This document shows, piece by piece, positions 9,514 through 17,645 of a DNA stretch of 47,112 nucleotides. The stretch lies in the NCBI GenBank assembly GCA_041577295.1, contig JBFGJG010000032.1, positions 1-47,112 on the forward strand, given 5' to 3'. This DNA comes from Gemmatimonadales bacterium (GTDB taxonomy: Bacteria; Gemmatimonadota; Gemmatimonadetes; Gemmatimonadales; GWC2-71-9). The translations under genes and the position numbers were made by a program. The notes beneath the pieces were generated by a model. The model was not told where the DNA came from. It saw nothing but the letters and a program-made list of their open reading frames with translations, and did not search any database. The stretch's first letter is position 1; every line of letters begins with the position of its first letter.

Positions 9514-9553
9514 TTTGCAATCGGTGGGCGTGACGGCCGCCCGGAGAACTATC

Positions 9554-9818
9554 ATGCAACCTCACAACAGCCAGCAGCTGACGTGGCTCAGCCGCGACCT
9601 TGATGAGCAGCCTGAGCGCGATCACGGGTGGGTGCGAGTTCGGCAGTTCCTCGAATATGTCGCGTGGGGGACGCGCGCCTCTGCCCGGTCCATCAAACAA
9701 CACCTGCCGAAGTTCACCGTCGAACGCGTGTTTTTGGGTGTGCTTTGTGCTCATCACGCTCATCTCCGTGTACCTTCTGCTGACGCAGCCAACCGGAGCG
9801 GGGCGAGGCGGGCGGTAG
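9554..9818 (+). pseudogene. Small single-TM protein with apparent frameshift
   Basis: GGAG RBS and ATG 9554; removing one base near 9737 gives ...ERVFLVCFVLITLISVYLLLTQPTGAGRGGR-stop. Confidence 0.4.
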
Positions 9819-9905
9819 ACGATTCTCAGTGTTTGGACGCTCGATGGCCCCGTGGGGAATGCTGTTGCGATAGCCGAACCGAGACCGTGAAATGCGGACG
9901 GAGGA

Positions 9906-10739
9906 CTACCTCACTGGCTTGAGGAACTCACCATCCGCCAGCCGCTCGTGCTCCTCGCGTTGCCAGCGGTACACGAGGATGCCCACTGCCACCAAGCCTA
10001 TCACAACGTCGCCAAACAGCATGAGGCCCCCGGCGCGCTGTTGATCGCCGAGCGCGTCCCACGTGCCGATCGGAGGCGCGAGCTCGTAGACGCGGTAGAC
10101 CGGTGTCGGGGCAATGGCGAAGAACATACCCAACCCCATGTGCGCACCCATCCCGCCCAGCACGTACACCAAGCTGACGGCTGGACCCAGCCCTGGCTTA
10201 GGCCACCTCCGCACCACGGGCCACCAGAACGCAAGACCGCCAGCCAACCACGCCACGTCGAACACAAACGAGCCTGCTTGTGTCACCATCAACCCATCCA
10301 CAAAGGCTGGGAAGTGGGTCACGAACACGATGAGGTTGAAGCCTATCAAGGCGGTGAGCGGCCGGGTCACTCGAGCGAGGACATGGGCGACGCGCGGCGA
10401 GAGCGACTCTTCGCAGCCGGTCGGAAGCCCAAAGAGTAGGAGGGGGGGCACGACGAGGGCGAGACCGAGAAACTGCACCATGTGCACGCTGGCTAAGTAT
10501 CCAGCCCCAAGCGTCCCGATTGGCCAGTCGAGCAGCAACCACATGCACACAATGCCACCGAGAGCCGCCAAGCGACGCCATCGATCCAGCGGGTCATCTG
10601 CGACCGCGACCGAGGCCGACGTCGCCCGATATGTGCGCCAGTACGCCACCGCTACACCGCCGACAAAGAGCCATACCCCGATGTAAGGGCGCCACTCCCA
10701 CGACCACGGAATGCCTTGGGCCGAACACCACCACTGCAT
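9906..10739 (-). CDS. ctaG: Cytochrome c oxidase assembly factor, caa3-type CtaG family
   Basis: YLASVHMVQFL, FWWPVV, LGDQQRAGGLM motifs; ATG overlaps the SCO stop. Confidence 0.85.
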   Translation of the reverse strand: MQWWCSAQGIPWSWEWRPYIGVWLFVGGVAVAYWRTYRATSASVAVADDPLDRWRRLAALGGIVCMWLLLDWPIGTLGAGYLASVHMVQFLGLALVVPPLLLFGLPTGCEESLSPRVAHVLARVTRPLTALIGFNLIVFVTHFPAFVDGLMVTQAGSFVFDVAWLAGGLAFWWPVVRRWPKPGLGPAVSLVYVLGGMGAHMGLGMFFAIAPTPVYRVYELAPPIGTWDALGDQQRAGGLMLFGDVVIGLVAVGILVYRWQREEHERLADGEFLKPVR

Positions 10740-11389
10740 CAGTTGCCTTTGACCTCGGGGATCGTGGCAACGAGCTTGGGCAAATCGTGCGACCAATCCC
10801 GTTGCCGGGTTCCAAACGGGTAGCGGACCCGAACGGAGTCGCCGATGATGGCGAGTACGGCGGCTCCGTGCCCCACCGTGTAGTCCCCCTCCGGCTCCGG
10901 AACGATCACCGTCGTTGGCATGAGGAGGCTCTGTTGAATCTGGTTCACGCGATCGAGCGGTCCCGAAAGACCGACAAACCTACCGTCAAAGCTGCCAAGC
11001 CACTCTCGTATGCGTTCCGGTGTATCGCGATCCGGGTCCACCGAGACGAACACTACCTTCACCCGCCGCGCCGTGTCGAAAGGCAACCGTTTGAGCACTG
11101 CCGCCAGGTTGGCCATGTGGACGGGGCAGATATCCGGACAGTACGTATAGCCGAAGAACAGCAACGCGACGGCGCCGTCCGTCTGCTCCTTGAAATGGTA
11201 CGGCTGGCCATTGGTGTCGGTGAGTGTGAAATCCGCGGCTGCGAAGGGTGGCATGACCTCCTGACCGTAGTAGTCCCCCACCCGTTGGGGATCATCCCCG
11301 ACTCCGCTTCCACAACCCATCAGACCGGCGGAGAGCAAACACAGAACGGCGATCGACGGAACAGATCGGTTTGGCACGATGATCGACAT
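10739..11389 (-). CDS. SCO1/SenC copper chaperone lipoprotein
   Basis: FFGYTYCPDICP (CxxxC), SVDPDRDTPE, YTVGH; lipobox LMGC. Confidence 0.95.
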   Translation of the reverse strand: MSIIVPNRSVPSIAVLCLLSAGLMGCGSGVGDDPQRVGDYYGQEVMPPFAAADFTLTDTNGQPYHFKEQTDGAVALLFFGYTYCPDICPVHMANLAAVLKRLPFDTARRVKVVFVSVDPDRDTPERIREWLGSFDGRFVGLSGPLDRVNQIQQSLLMPTTVIVPEPEGDYTVGHGAAVLAIIGDSVRVRYPFGTRQRDWSHDLPKLVATIPEVKGN

Positions 11390-11559
11390 GTCGATCGGAA
11401 GAAAAGCGAGGTGGAAGGGCGGGTCAACCTTGCTACCCCGTTCGCCCCAGATCGTAGTGAGCCCGGAGTCAGCTAGCGGGCGCCTTCTGCTAATGGGAGT
11501 ATTAGATGGTGTGCAGAAACCCGTGCCAGGCATCGGGAGGTGTACCGTGTTGCGTCAGA

Positions 11560-11690
11560 TTCGACGGCGCGCCGCATCTTGGCGTGCTCGTGCCCGAGAG
11601 GAGCTTGCTTGCGTCGTTGCCGACGGATCCGGCCCAGGGAGGCCCATGGGTCATGTGGACGACACGTCATACGCCCACATCATGGACCAG
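11560..11690 (+). pseudogene. Frameshifted 3' remnant of a conserved hypothetical gene
   Basis: PHLGVLVP...LPTDPAQGGPWVMW then, in another frame, SYAHIM; recalled as a GGPWVMWxxTPYAHIM C-terminal motif. Confidence 0.4.
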
Positions 11691-11718
11691 CGCCGCGACA
11701 GCCGTCTGGACATGTGCC

Positions 11719-12474
11719 GTGACCACCGAACTCGACCCTGAAGGCGTCGAAGCCGGTACGCTGCTGGCCGCGACGGACTTCACCGGCGCCCGCGTGCTCG
11801 AGATCGGATGCGGAGATGGTCGACTCGCCTTCCGGTATGCCAGCGGATCGGGGACAGTCGTGGCGGTCGAGCTAGACCAACAGCCGATCGCGAAGGCCCT
11901 GAAGAACTGCCCACCGCATCTTCGTGAGCGCGTGGCGCTCGTACAGGCCAACGCGCTCGCGCTGCCCTTTCGCCGTGAGCGTTTCGACATTGCGGTGTTG
12001 GCGTGGTCGTTGTGATGCATGCCCCATGAGGGCATGGTCGATGCCCTGCACAATATCTGGCGCGCCCTGCGACAGGATGGCGTGCTCATCGATCTGCGGC
12101 CCGTCTCGGGGCGGTGTCCAATCGAGGTCGTCACCGCCACGGAGAGTCGCCAGATTGGCGAGCTCGACGCGACCGGAATGTCGGCGGATGACGCCGCGGC
12201 GGACCGCGCCATGCACGAAGCGGTTGACCACGGTTGGTTTTCGCCGATGCAAACCCAACGATTCGACTTTGCGTTCTGGTGGGACACCGTGGACGAGATG
12301 TCCACCTTCCTCAGCGACAGTCGGCGTGCGAAAGGCGTCACCCCGTCCTATTCGGTGATGACGGAGGCACACCACCGCATGGCCGCCGAGCGCGGTGGAG
12401 CGGTGCGACTACGGTCATTTCGCCTCACGGCGCTTTCCTCATACGCCAAGGCCACCGCGGCCCCCGCTCCGTGA
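11719..12474 (+). CDS. Class I SAM-dependent methyltransferase, probable selenoprotein (TGA 12013-12015 = Sec)
   Basis: ORFs 11506-12015 and 12019-12474 share a frame; the first has VLEIGCGDGR and FDIAVLAWSL, the second supplies the rest of the fold (ALHNIWRALRQDGVLI); SECIS-like hairpin follows the TGA. Confidence 0.8.
12016..12050 (+). promoter_or_regulatory. Putative bacterial SECIS element
   Basis: Stem AGGGCAT(12029-35)/ATGCCCT(12041-47), loop GGTCG starting 20 nt after TGA; TGCA(12016-19)/TGCA(12047-50) could form a lower stem. Confidence 0.7.
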
Positions 12475-12643
12475 ATCACGGAAACCCTTCAAAGCCTCAT
12501 CCGACACCAGACGATCCCCGCAGCCTCCTCGTGACCCCTTCTCCAGCGCTGCTAACCTTTTTCACAGCAATGACATAAGCGAATTGGACACCTTGAATGC
12601 TAAGTTCGTGGTGTCTCACAACTAGTTGAGTGAGCCAAAATTA

Positions 12644-12688
12644 TTGACGTAGTAGGATATAATTGTTTAAATTAGGAACTCCTAATTT
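12644..12688 (+). promoter_or_regulatory. Promoter overlapped by a palindromic operator (metal-repressor-like)
   Basis: TTGACG(12644-49)-N18-TAAATT; perfect inverted repeat AAATTAGGA-AC-TCCTAATTT at 12669-12688. Confidence 0.65.
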
Positions 12689-12700
12689 CACGCGCACCGA

Positions 12701-13927
12701 ATGGCCACCTTTACCAAGCGTTGGGTCGCCTGCCACCGGCTCATTGTCGCCGTCCTGATGACGGGGGCGGCCGCATGTAATACCCTGCTCACCGAAGCAC
12801 CCGACGACGCGGATCTGTTCGACGCGCCGCTGGACGGTCTCACGCCCGAACAGCTTGCCACCTTCATTCGCGGCGACGCGGAGTTTGGGCGCTCCTTTGC
12901 GCCAGTGGACGGGCTGGGACCAATCTTCAACAACGTGGCGTGCGCGCAGTGCCATAGCGGCGATGGGCGCGGACGACCCGAGAACGTCTTGGTTCGTTTC
13001 AGCATGGGCATGGATCTCATACCCGAGCTGGGCGGTCCGCAACTACAGACCAAAGCGATCCCCGGGGCGGTGCCCGAGGATCTGCCGCCGGGTGTCGACG
13101 TGTCGGTGCGTCTTCCACCGCCGGTGTTCGGGGTGGGGTTGATCCAGGCCGTTCCCGTCGATGCGATCCTCGCCAACGCCGACGAAGACGACAGCGACGG
13201 CGACGGCATCTCCGGACGGCCCAACTGGGTCACGCCGCCTGCGTTTGTGCCGGCGACCGAGCCCGGTGGGGGCCCCGGCCCACAACTCGGCCGCTTCTCC
13301 CGCAAGGCCCAGGTGAGCACGCTGCTCGAGCAGGTCGTTGAGGCGTACCACCAGGACATGGGGATCACCACCGAGTTTCGTCCGGCGGAGAACGTGAACC
13401 CCAACGCGGAGGGCGAGACCTTAGCCGCGGACAAGGTGGACGACCCGGAGATTCCCACATCGACGGTCCGTGCGGTGATCGATTACATCCGGATGCTGGC
13501 GCCACCTGCTCCGGGCGCAGACACGCCCAGACGCGTGCGTGGACGTGAAGTGTTCGCGGAGATCGGCTGCGCGAGATGTCACGTCCCGCAGTTTGTCACC
13601 GGTCCCAGCAATATCGGCGCACTAGCAAACCGGACGGTCCATCCGTACTCCGATTTCTTGCTGCACGATATGGGTGAAGCGCTCGCGGACAATCGACCGG
13701 ACGGCACAGCGACTGGCCGTGAGTGGCGGACGGCGCCACTGTGGGGAATGCGTATCGCACGTGACTTCTTGAATGGTGAGTTGTTCCTGCTGCACGATGG
13801 CCGCGCGACGTCGATCGCGGAGGCCATTGAGCTGCATGGTGGTGAAGCGGACGCTGTGAGGGCCCGGTACCTCGCGTTACCCGATGACGACCGCGCCGCC
13901 CTACTCGACTTCGTCGAGTCTAGGTGA
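12701..13927 (+). CDS. Di-heme oxidoreductase family (DUF1111) lipoprotein
   Basis: Two CxxCH (CAQCH, CARCH); GLGPIFN, DGDGISGRPN, YSDFLLHDMG, WRTAPLWG, LLHDGRA; lipobox AAAC. Confidence 0.93.
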   Translation: MATFTKRWVACHRLIVAVLMTGAAACNTLLTEAPDDADLFDAPLDGLTPEQLATFIRGDAEFGRSFAPVDGLGPIFNNVACAQCHSGDGRGRPENVLVRFSMGMDLIPELGGPQLQTKAIPGAVPEDLPPGVDVSVRLPPPVFGVGLIQAVPVDAILANADEDDSDGDGISGRPNWVTPPAFVPATEPGGGPGPQLGRFSRKAQVSTLLEQVVEAYHQDMGITTEFRPAENVNPNAEGETLAADKVDDPEIPTSTVRAVIDYIRMLAPPAPGADTPRRVRGREVFAEIGCARCHVPQFVTGPSNIGALANRTVHPYSDFLLHDMGEALADNRPDGTATGREWRTAPLWGMRIARDFLNGELFLLHDGRATSIAEAIELHGGEADAVRARYLALPDDDRAALLDFVESR

Positions 13928-13930
13928 TCA

Positions 13931-14338
13931 ATGAATCGGAGAGAGTTTGTCGGCGTTTCGACAGCCGCGCTGCTCACGGCATGTGCGTCCTTGGCGACGA
14001 CGACGGTGACACCGGTCCGCGGCCGTGTTCGGCTCGTCTTACGTGACTACCCCTCATTGGACCGCCCCGGTGGCTTCTTGAAGATCCGGCCAGCCGAATC
14101 CGACCGGCTCATCTACGTACTCGCGCTCGAAGACGATGGCTTCGCGGCGGTCTCTCCTGTGTGCAAGCATCGCGGGTGCATCGTGGACGTGGCCGGGGCA
14201 CGACTCGAGTGCCCGTGCCACGGCTCGATGTACGGCAGGGATGGTCGCGTGTTGCGCGGTCCTGCCCAGGAACCGCTCGACCGGTTTCCCACCACGTTCG
14301 ATGGCGCCGTCCTCACTATCACGCTGAGTGAAGCATGA
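13931..14338 (+). CDS. Rieske 2Fe-2S protein with Tat signal
   Basis: MNRREF twin-arginine; CKHRGC and CPCHGS boxes; GPA..PL. Confidence 0.95.
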   Translation: MNRREFVGVSTAALLTACASLATTTVTPVRGRVRLVLRDYPSLDRPGGFLKIRPAESDRLIYVLALEDDGFAAVSPVCKHRGCIVDVAGARLECPCHGSMYGRDGRVLRGPAQEPLDRFPTTFDGAVLTITLSEA

Positions 14339-15501
14339 GATCGATTGGCTTCGGAGTGGTGTTGCTGACCTTGGCCGCACCGCTCGCCAGCGTACACGCG
14401 CAGGACACGATCCCTGAGCGGCCATTCGTTCGCGGAGGTGTGTACGACAAACCGTACCTCGCTCGGTTGCTCGGGCGCGCGGCTATCGGCGGGTACGCCG
14501 AAGCGCACGTCCGGTTCGAGCGGGTGGATGGCATAGTCGAGGAACGCGGTTTTCAGCTCAAACGGTTCAATTTGTTTGCCTCGACGGAGGTGAGCGACTT
14601 CATCCGATTGGCTGCCGAGGTGGAATTCGAGGAAGGTGCGGAGGAGATCAAACTCGAGTTCGCGGCAATCGACTTTCGCATTCACCAGGCGATCGCACTG
14701 CGGGCGGGCATGTTGCTATCTCCCATTGGGCGGTTCAACCTCTCGCACGACAGCCCGATCAATGAGTTTACCGACCGGCCACTCGTCTCCACGGACGTGT
14801 TGGGAACGGCGCTGTCAGAGCCGGGTATAGGAGCCCTCGGCGTTTTTCCGCTCGGCGGCCTCTCCCGGATCACGTACGAGCTCTATTTGGTGAATGGTTT
14901 CCACAGTGGCCTGATCGACAACTCGCCTGATGGCACGAGGATCTTCGAGGGACGAGGTAACTTCGAGGACAACAATCGCTCGCCGGCAGTGGTGGGGCGT
15001 GTGACGTGGAGCCCCGATCTGAACATAGAAATCGGCCTGTCTGCCCACCACGGCGCGTACAACGAGTACAGCGTCGACGGCGTCGATGTCGAGGAGCGGC
15101 GTAACGTCACCTTGGGCGCGCTCGATTTCGAGGTGAGCGTTGCGGGTTGGCGAGCAGCAGGTGAGGCAGCGCTCGCTGATGTAGACATTCCCCCAGGGCT
15201 CGTTGGGATCAACGCGTCCGGGCAACGCGGGCTCTATGTCGAGGTGCTCCGCGACTTCGGCTACGGACTCGTCAAGACGATGCCCAGTTCCTTTTTTTCC
15301 GCCGGCGTTCGCGTCGACGTCGTCGACTTCGACACGGCCGTCACCGGGGACAACGTGCGCCAGCTCAGCCTCGGTGTGAACTTCCGGCCGACGCCCGAGT
15401 CAGTGGTCAAGCTCAACTACGTGCGCGGTCGCTCCCACGATCGGTTCAACAACCCTGCAGATCACGCCCGGGTGCAGCTGTCCCTCGCCACCTACTTCTA
15501 A
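14335..15501 (+). CDS. Outer-membrane beta-barrel / porin-like protein
   Basis: Signal peptide, amphipathic strands, C-terminal ATYF; ATGA overlap with Rieske gene. Confidence 0.85.
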   Translation: MRSIGFGVVLLTLAAPLASVHAQDTIPERPFVRGGVYDKPYLARLLGRAAIGGYAEAHVRFERVDGIVEERGFQLKRFNLFASTEVSDFIRLAAEVEFEEGAEEIKLEFAAIDFRIHQAIALRAGMLLSPIGRFNLSHDSPINEFTDRPLVSTDVLGTALSEPGIGALGVFPLGGLSRITYELYLVNGFHSGLIDNSPDGTRIFEGRGNFEDNNRSPAVVGRVTWSPDLNIEIGLSAHHGAYNEYSVDGVDVEERRNVTLGALDFEVSVAGWRAAGEAALADVDIPPGLVGINASGQRGLYVEVLRDFGYGLVKTMPSSFFSAGVRVDVVDFDTAVTGDNVRQLSLGVNFRPTPESVVKLNYVRGRSHDRFNNPADHARVQLSLATYF

Positions 15502-15601
15502 AGCAGTACTACTGAGGTGCCTTGCGGCCGCTGGCTCCACCCTGGCAGCTTACCGGTGGTTTCATCGAGTGGCGCGAACTTCATCAACGCGAGGAACCTC
15601 C

Positions 15602-15838
15602 GTGATTCAACTCTACGACCAAGAACGCGGACGACGCATCGGGGAGATTACCGAGGCTCAGCTCCAGATCCTAGTTGAGCAATTGGAGGAAACGTCCGGT
15701 ACGGATCAGGATTACTACATCGACGGTGACACCCTTCAGCTTCTCGAGGACGCTGGAGCCGACGCCGGGCTGCTCGACATGTTGCGCCGCGCCCGAGGCA
15801 GCCGTGATGGATACGAGGTGCGCTGGGAGCGGAGCTGA
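15602..15838 (+). CDS. Small acidic conserved hypothetical protein
   Basis: GAGG RBS and GTG; IGEITEAQLQILVEQLEE...DQDYYID. Confidence 0.75.
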   Translation: MIQLYDQERGRRIGEITEAQLQILVEQLEETSGTDQDYYIDGDTLQLLEDAGADAGLLDMLRRARGSRDGYEVRWERS

Positions 15839-15874
15839 AGTCGCCCATGGCCACCCGCGCGCGGTCTGCCTCAA

Positions 15875-17368
15875 TCACCTCGCGCCGAGTCGCTGTAACA
15901 TCGCGACGGCGTTCTGATTTTGTGGATTCAGCTCCAGCGACTTACGATAGTTCGCGATCGCCAATGCCCTCTCGCCGTGTAGCATGTACGCTTCGCCCAA
16001 GCTGTCGTACGTGTTCCAGGCATCGGGAAACGCGGCAACATTGGCTTGAAAGATCGCGATCGCGTCCTCGAACCGGTTGGTGCGTAAGAGCGCATACCCC
16101 ACCTGGTTGAGGTGGAACTCCCGGAAGTCATAGCTTTCGGGATCCGACCGCTTCAGCTGCCAATAGCGCTCGATCGCAGCCTTGGCGCCCTCGCGATTGA
16201 TGGCAGATGTGATGACGGCGCCGATGCCCCTACGGCATGGCCCCGTCTCCGCGAGGACCGCCCGTCCCCACTCGCAGAAGAGATAGCTATGAACGCTGCC
16301 GCCAAGGGTGGAGTTGGTCATCACGATGAGCCCATTACCCGACCGCGGCACCACGACGAACCGCGCCATCCATCCCTCATTGGCCCCGCCATGGCCCACA
16401 GCCCGGGCTCCAGATTGTCCATCGAACACCTCGTAACCCAGGCCATAATGCGGCGACGCGAACGCGGGCTCTTGCATCGCGGCAACTACGCGCGCGGGGA
16501 GGACCGTCGTCGCGAGATCGTCTCGCGCACTCGACATGCTGGCGAGTGCAAACGAAACGAAGTCGACGAGGCTGGTCTGGAGACCGGCGGCGGCCTGCTC
16601 GGTGAACCGCGGACCCGGGATCGGGCCGAATGGTCCGTACGGGGTGGCCGCCCGTGTTGTGACCACATCGTCCCACACATAGGAGCTGGAGGTCATGCCC
16701 AGGGGATGGAGGATCAGCTCCTTCATGTAATCGTCGAACGACCGCCCTGTAACCTCTTCGACGAGTAGCTGGGCAATCGTATACCCGCCACCGGAGTACC
16801 GCCACGTGGTACCCGGTTGCATGATCACCCGAACGTCCCCCACGCCGTTAGTCGCGCCCGATAGCGACTCCTCGACAGTCGGCAGCTTCACCGACGGGTC
16901 GAAACCGGGGTACCCGTGCAGGCTCAGCCCGGCCGTGTGACTCAGCAACCGCCGCAACGTTACCCGGCTGTGGTCAAACTCGGATGGCGGCAACTGCCAT
17001 CGCGAGAGGTGGCGTCCGACCGCTGCATCGAGATCGAGCTTGCCATCCTCCACCAGCCGCAACAGCCCCCACGCAGCAACGGTTTTCGAGATCGATCCGA
17101 TGTTGAAAAGCGTGTTCGTCGTGACGGGCCGTTGCTGCTCACGATCGGCCCAGCCGTACCCCTTGGCAAGCACTACATGCCCATTGCGGATCACAGCCAC
17201 TGCGGCTCCTGGCGTCGCCAACTCCTCGAGAAGTGCCGGCACCAACGAGTCGAGCGATCGGTGATAACGGTCGAACGCGGTCGAGTCCAATGTCTGCGCG
17301 CTGAGCACGGCAGTCATTCCGCTCATCACCGCGACCGTACCCGCACAGACGAAAAGACACTGGTTCAT
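15875..17368 (-). CDS. Serine hydrolase (class C beta-lactamase-like) with C-terminal TPR
   Basis: SxxK (GSISK), LLSHTAGL, YSGGGY, GHGG; TPR NTYDSLGEAY...YRKSLELNP; signal peptide. Confidence 0.93.
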   Translation of the reverse strand: MNQCLFVCAGTVAVMSGMTAVLSAQTLDSTAFDRYHRSLDSLVPALLEELATPGAAVAVIRNGHVVLAKGYGWADREQQRPVTTNTLFNIGSISKTVAAWGLLRLVEDGKLDLDAAVGRHLSRWQLPPSEFDHSRVTLRRLLSHTAGLSLHGYPGFDPSVKLPTVEESLSGATNGVGDVRVIMQPGTTWRYSGGGYTIAQLLVEEVTGRSFDDYMKELILHPLGMTSSSYVWDDVVTTRAATPYGPFGPIPGPRFTEQAAAGLQTSLVDFVSFALASMSSARDDLATTVLPARVVAAMQEPAFASPHYGLGYEVFDGQSGARAVGHGGANEGWMARFVVVPRSGNGLIVMTNSTLGGSVHSYLFCEWGRAVLAETGPCRRGIGAVITSAINREGAKAAIERYWQLKRSDPESYDFREFHLNQVGYALLRTNRFEDAIAIFQANVAAFPDAWNTYDSLGEAYMLHGERALAIANYRKSLELNPQNQNAVAMLQRLGAR

Positions 17369-17487
17369 GATGCCCCTCCAGCGCGACGGGCTGTCTCTCA
17401 TAATCTCTCGCCCTCTAGCCATCTTCGTCGATAAGCGGCTCTCGCAACCATCTTATGCGGCGTTCCGTGTCGTCACGCCAGGGTCTA

Positions 17488-17516
17488 TTGACTCCCCGCT
17501 CGGCGACGGCTACCGT
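17488..17516 (+). promoter_or_regulatory. Sigma-70 promoter
   Basis: TTGACT(17488-93)-N17-TACCGT(17511-16). Confidence 0.7.
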
Positions 17517-17522
17517 AGGCGC

Positions 17523-17640
17523 AAGCGTGTAGGGCGCTTCCCGTCCGCGGAAAGGGACCGAGTCCCGCCTATGCAGTCACCATGGAGCGATGACGCTTCT
17601 TTCGGCCCGTTAGCGGACACCGGGCGCTAGTGAAAGGAGC
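17523..17640 (+). ncRNA. Putative structured 5' leader RNA of unknown class
   Basis: Nested pairings GTCCGC/GCGGAC, GAAAG/CTTTC, GGGAC-CGA-GTCCC, GTCA/TGAC between promoter and AAAGGAG RBS. Confidence 0.55.
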
Positions 17641-17645
17641 GCATT

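Noticed and set aside
11640..11700. MGHVDDTSYAH as a tyrosine recombinase C-terminal remnant
   Set aside because: No HxxR or upstream Arg motif; a frameshifted GGPWVMW...YAHIM remnant explains it better
11506..11718. N-terminal extension of the methyltransferase ORF as given in the track
   Set aside because: Better explained as an upstream gene remnant that happens to be in frame; GTG 11719 after TGGA fits the domain start
12019..12474. Independent 151-aa gene
   Set aside because: No clear RBS, lacks the SAM-binding motif I, and completes the fold of the upstream in-frame ORF
12658..12663. Perfect TATAAT as the -10 for TTGACG at 12644
   Set aside because: Only 8 nt apart; spacing is incompatible
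15875..17368. Serine hydrolase as a true beta-lactam resistance gene
   Set aside because: SxxK hydrolases with TPR tails are widespread peptidases/esterases; no AmpC-specific evidence
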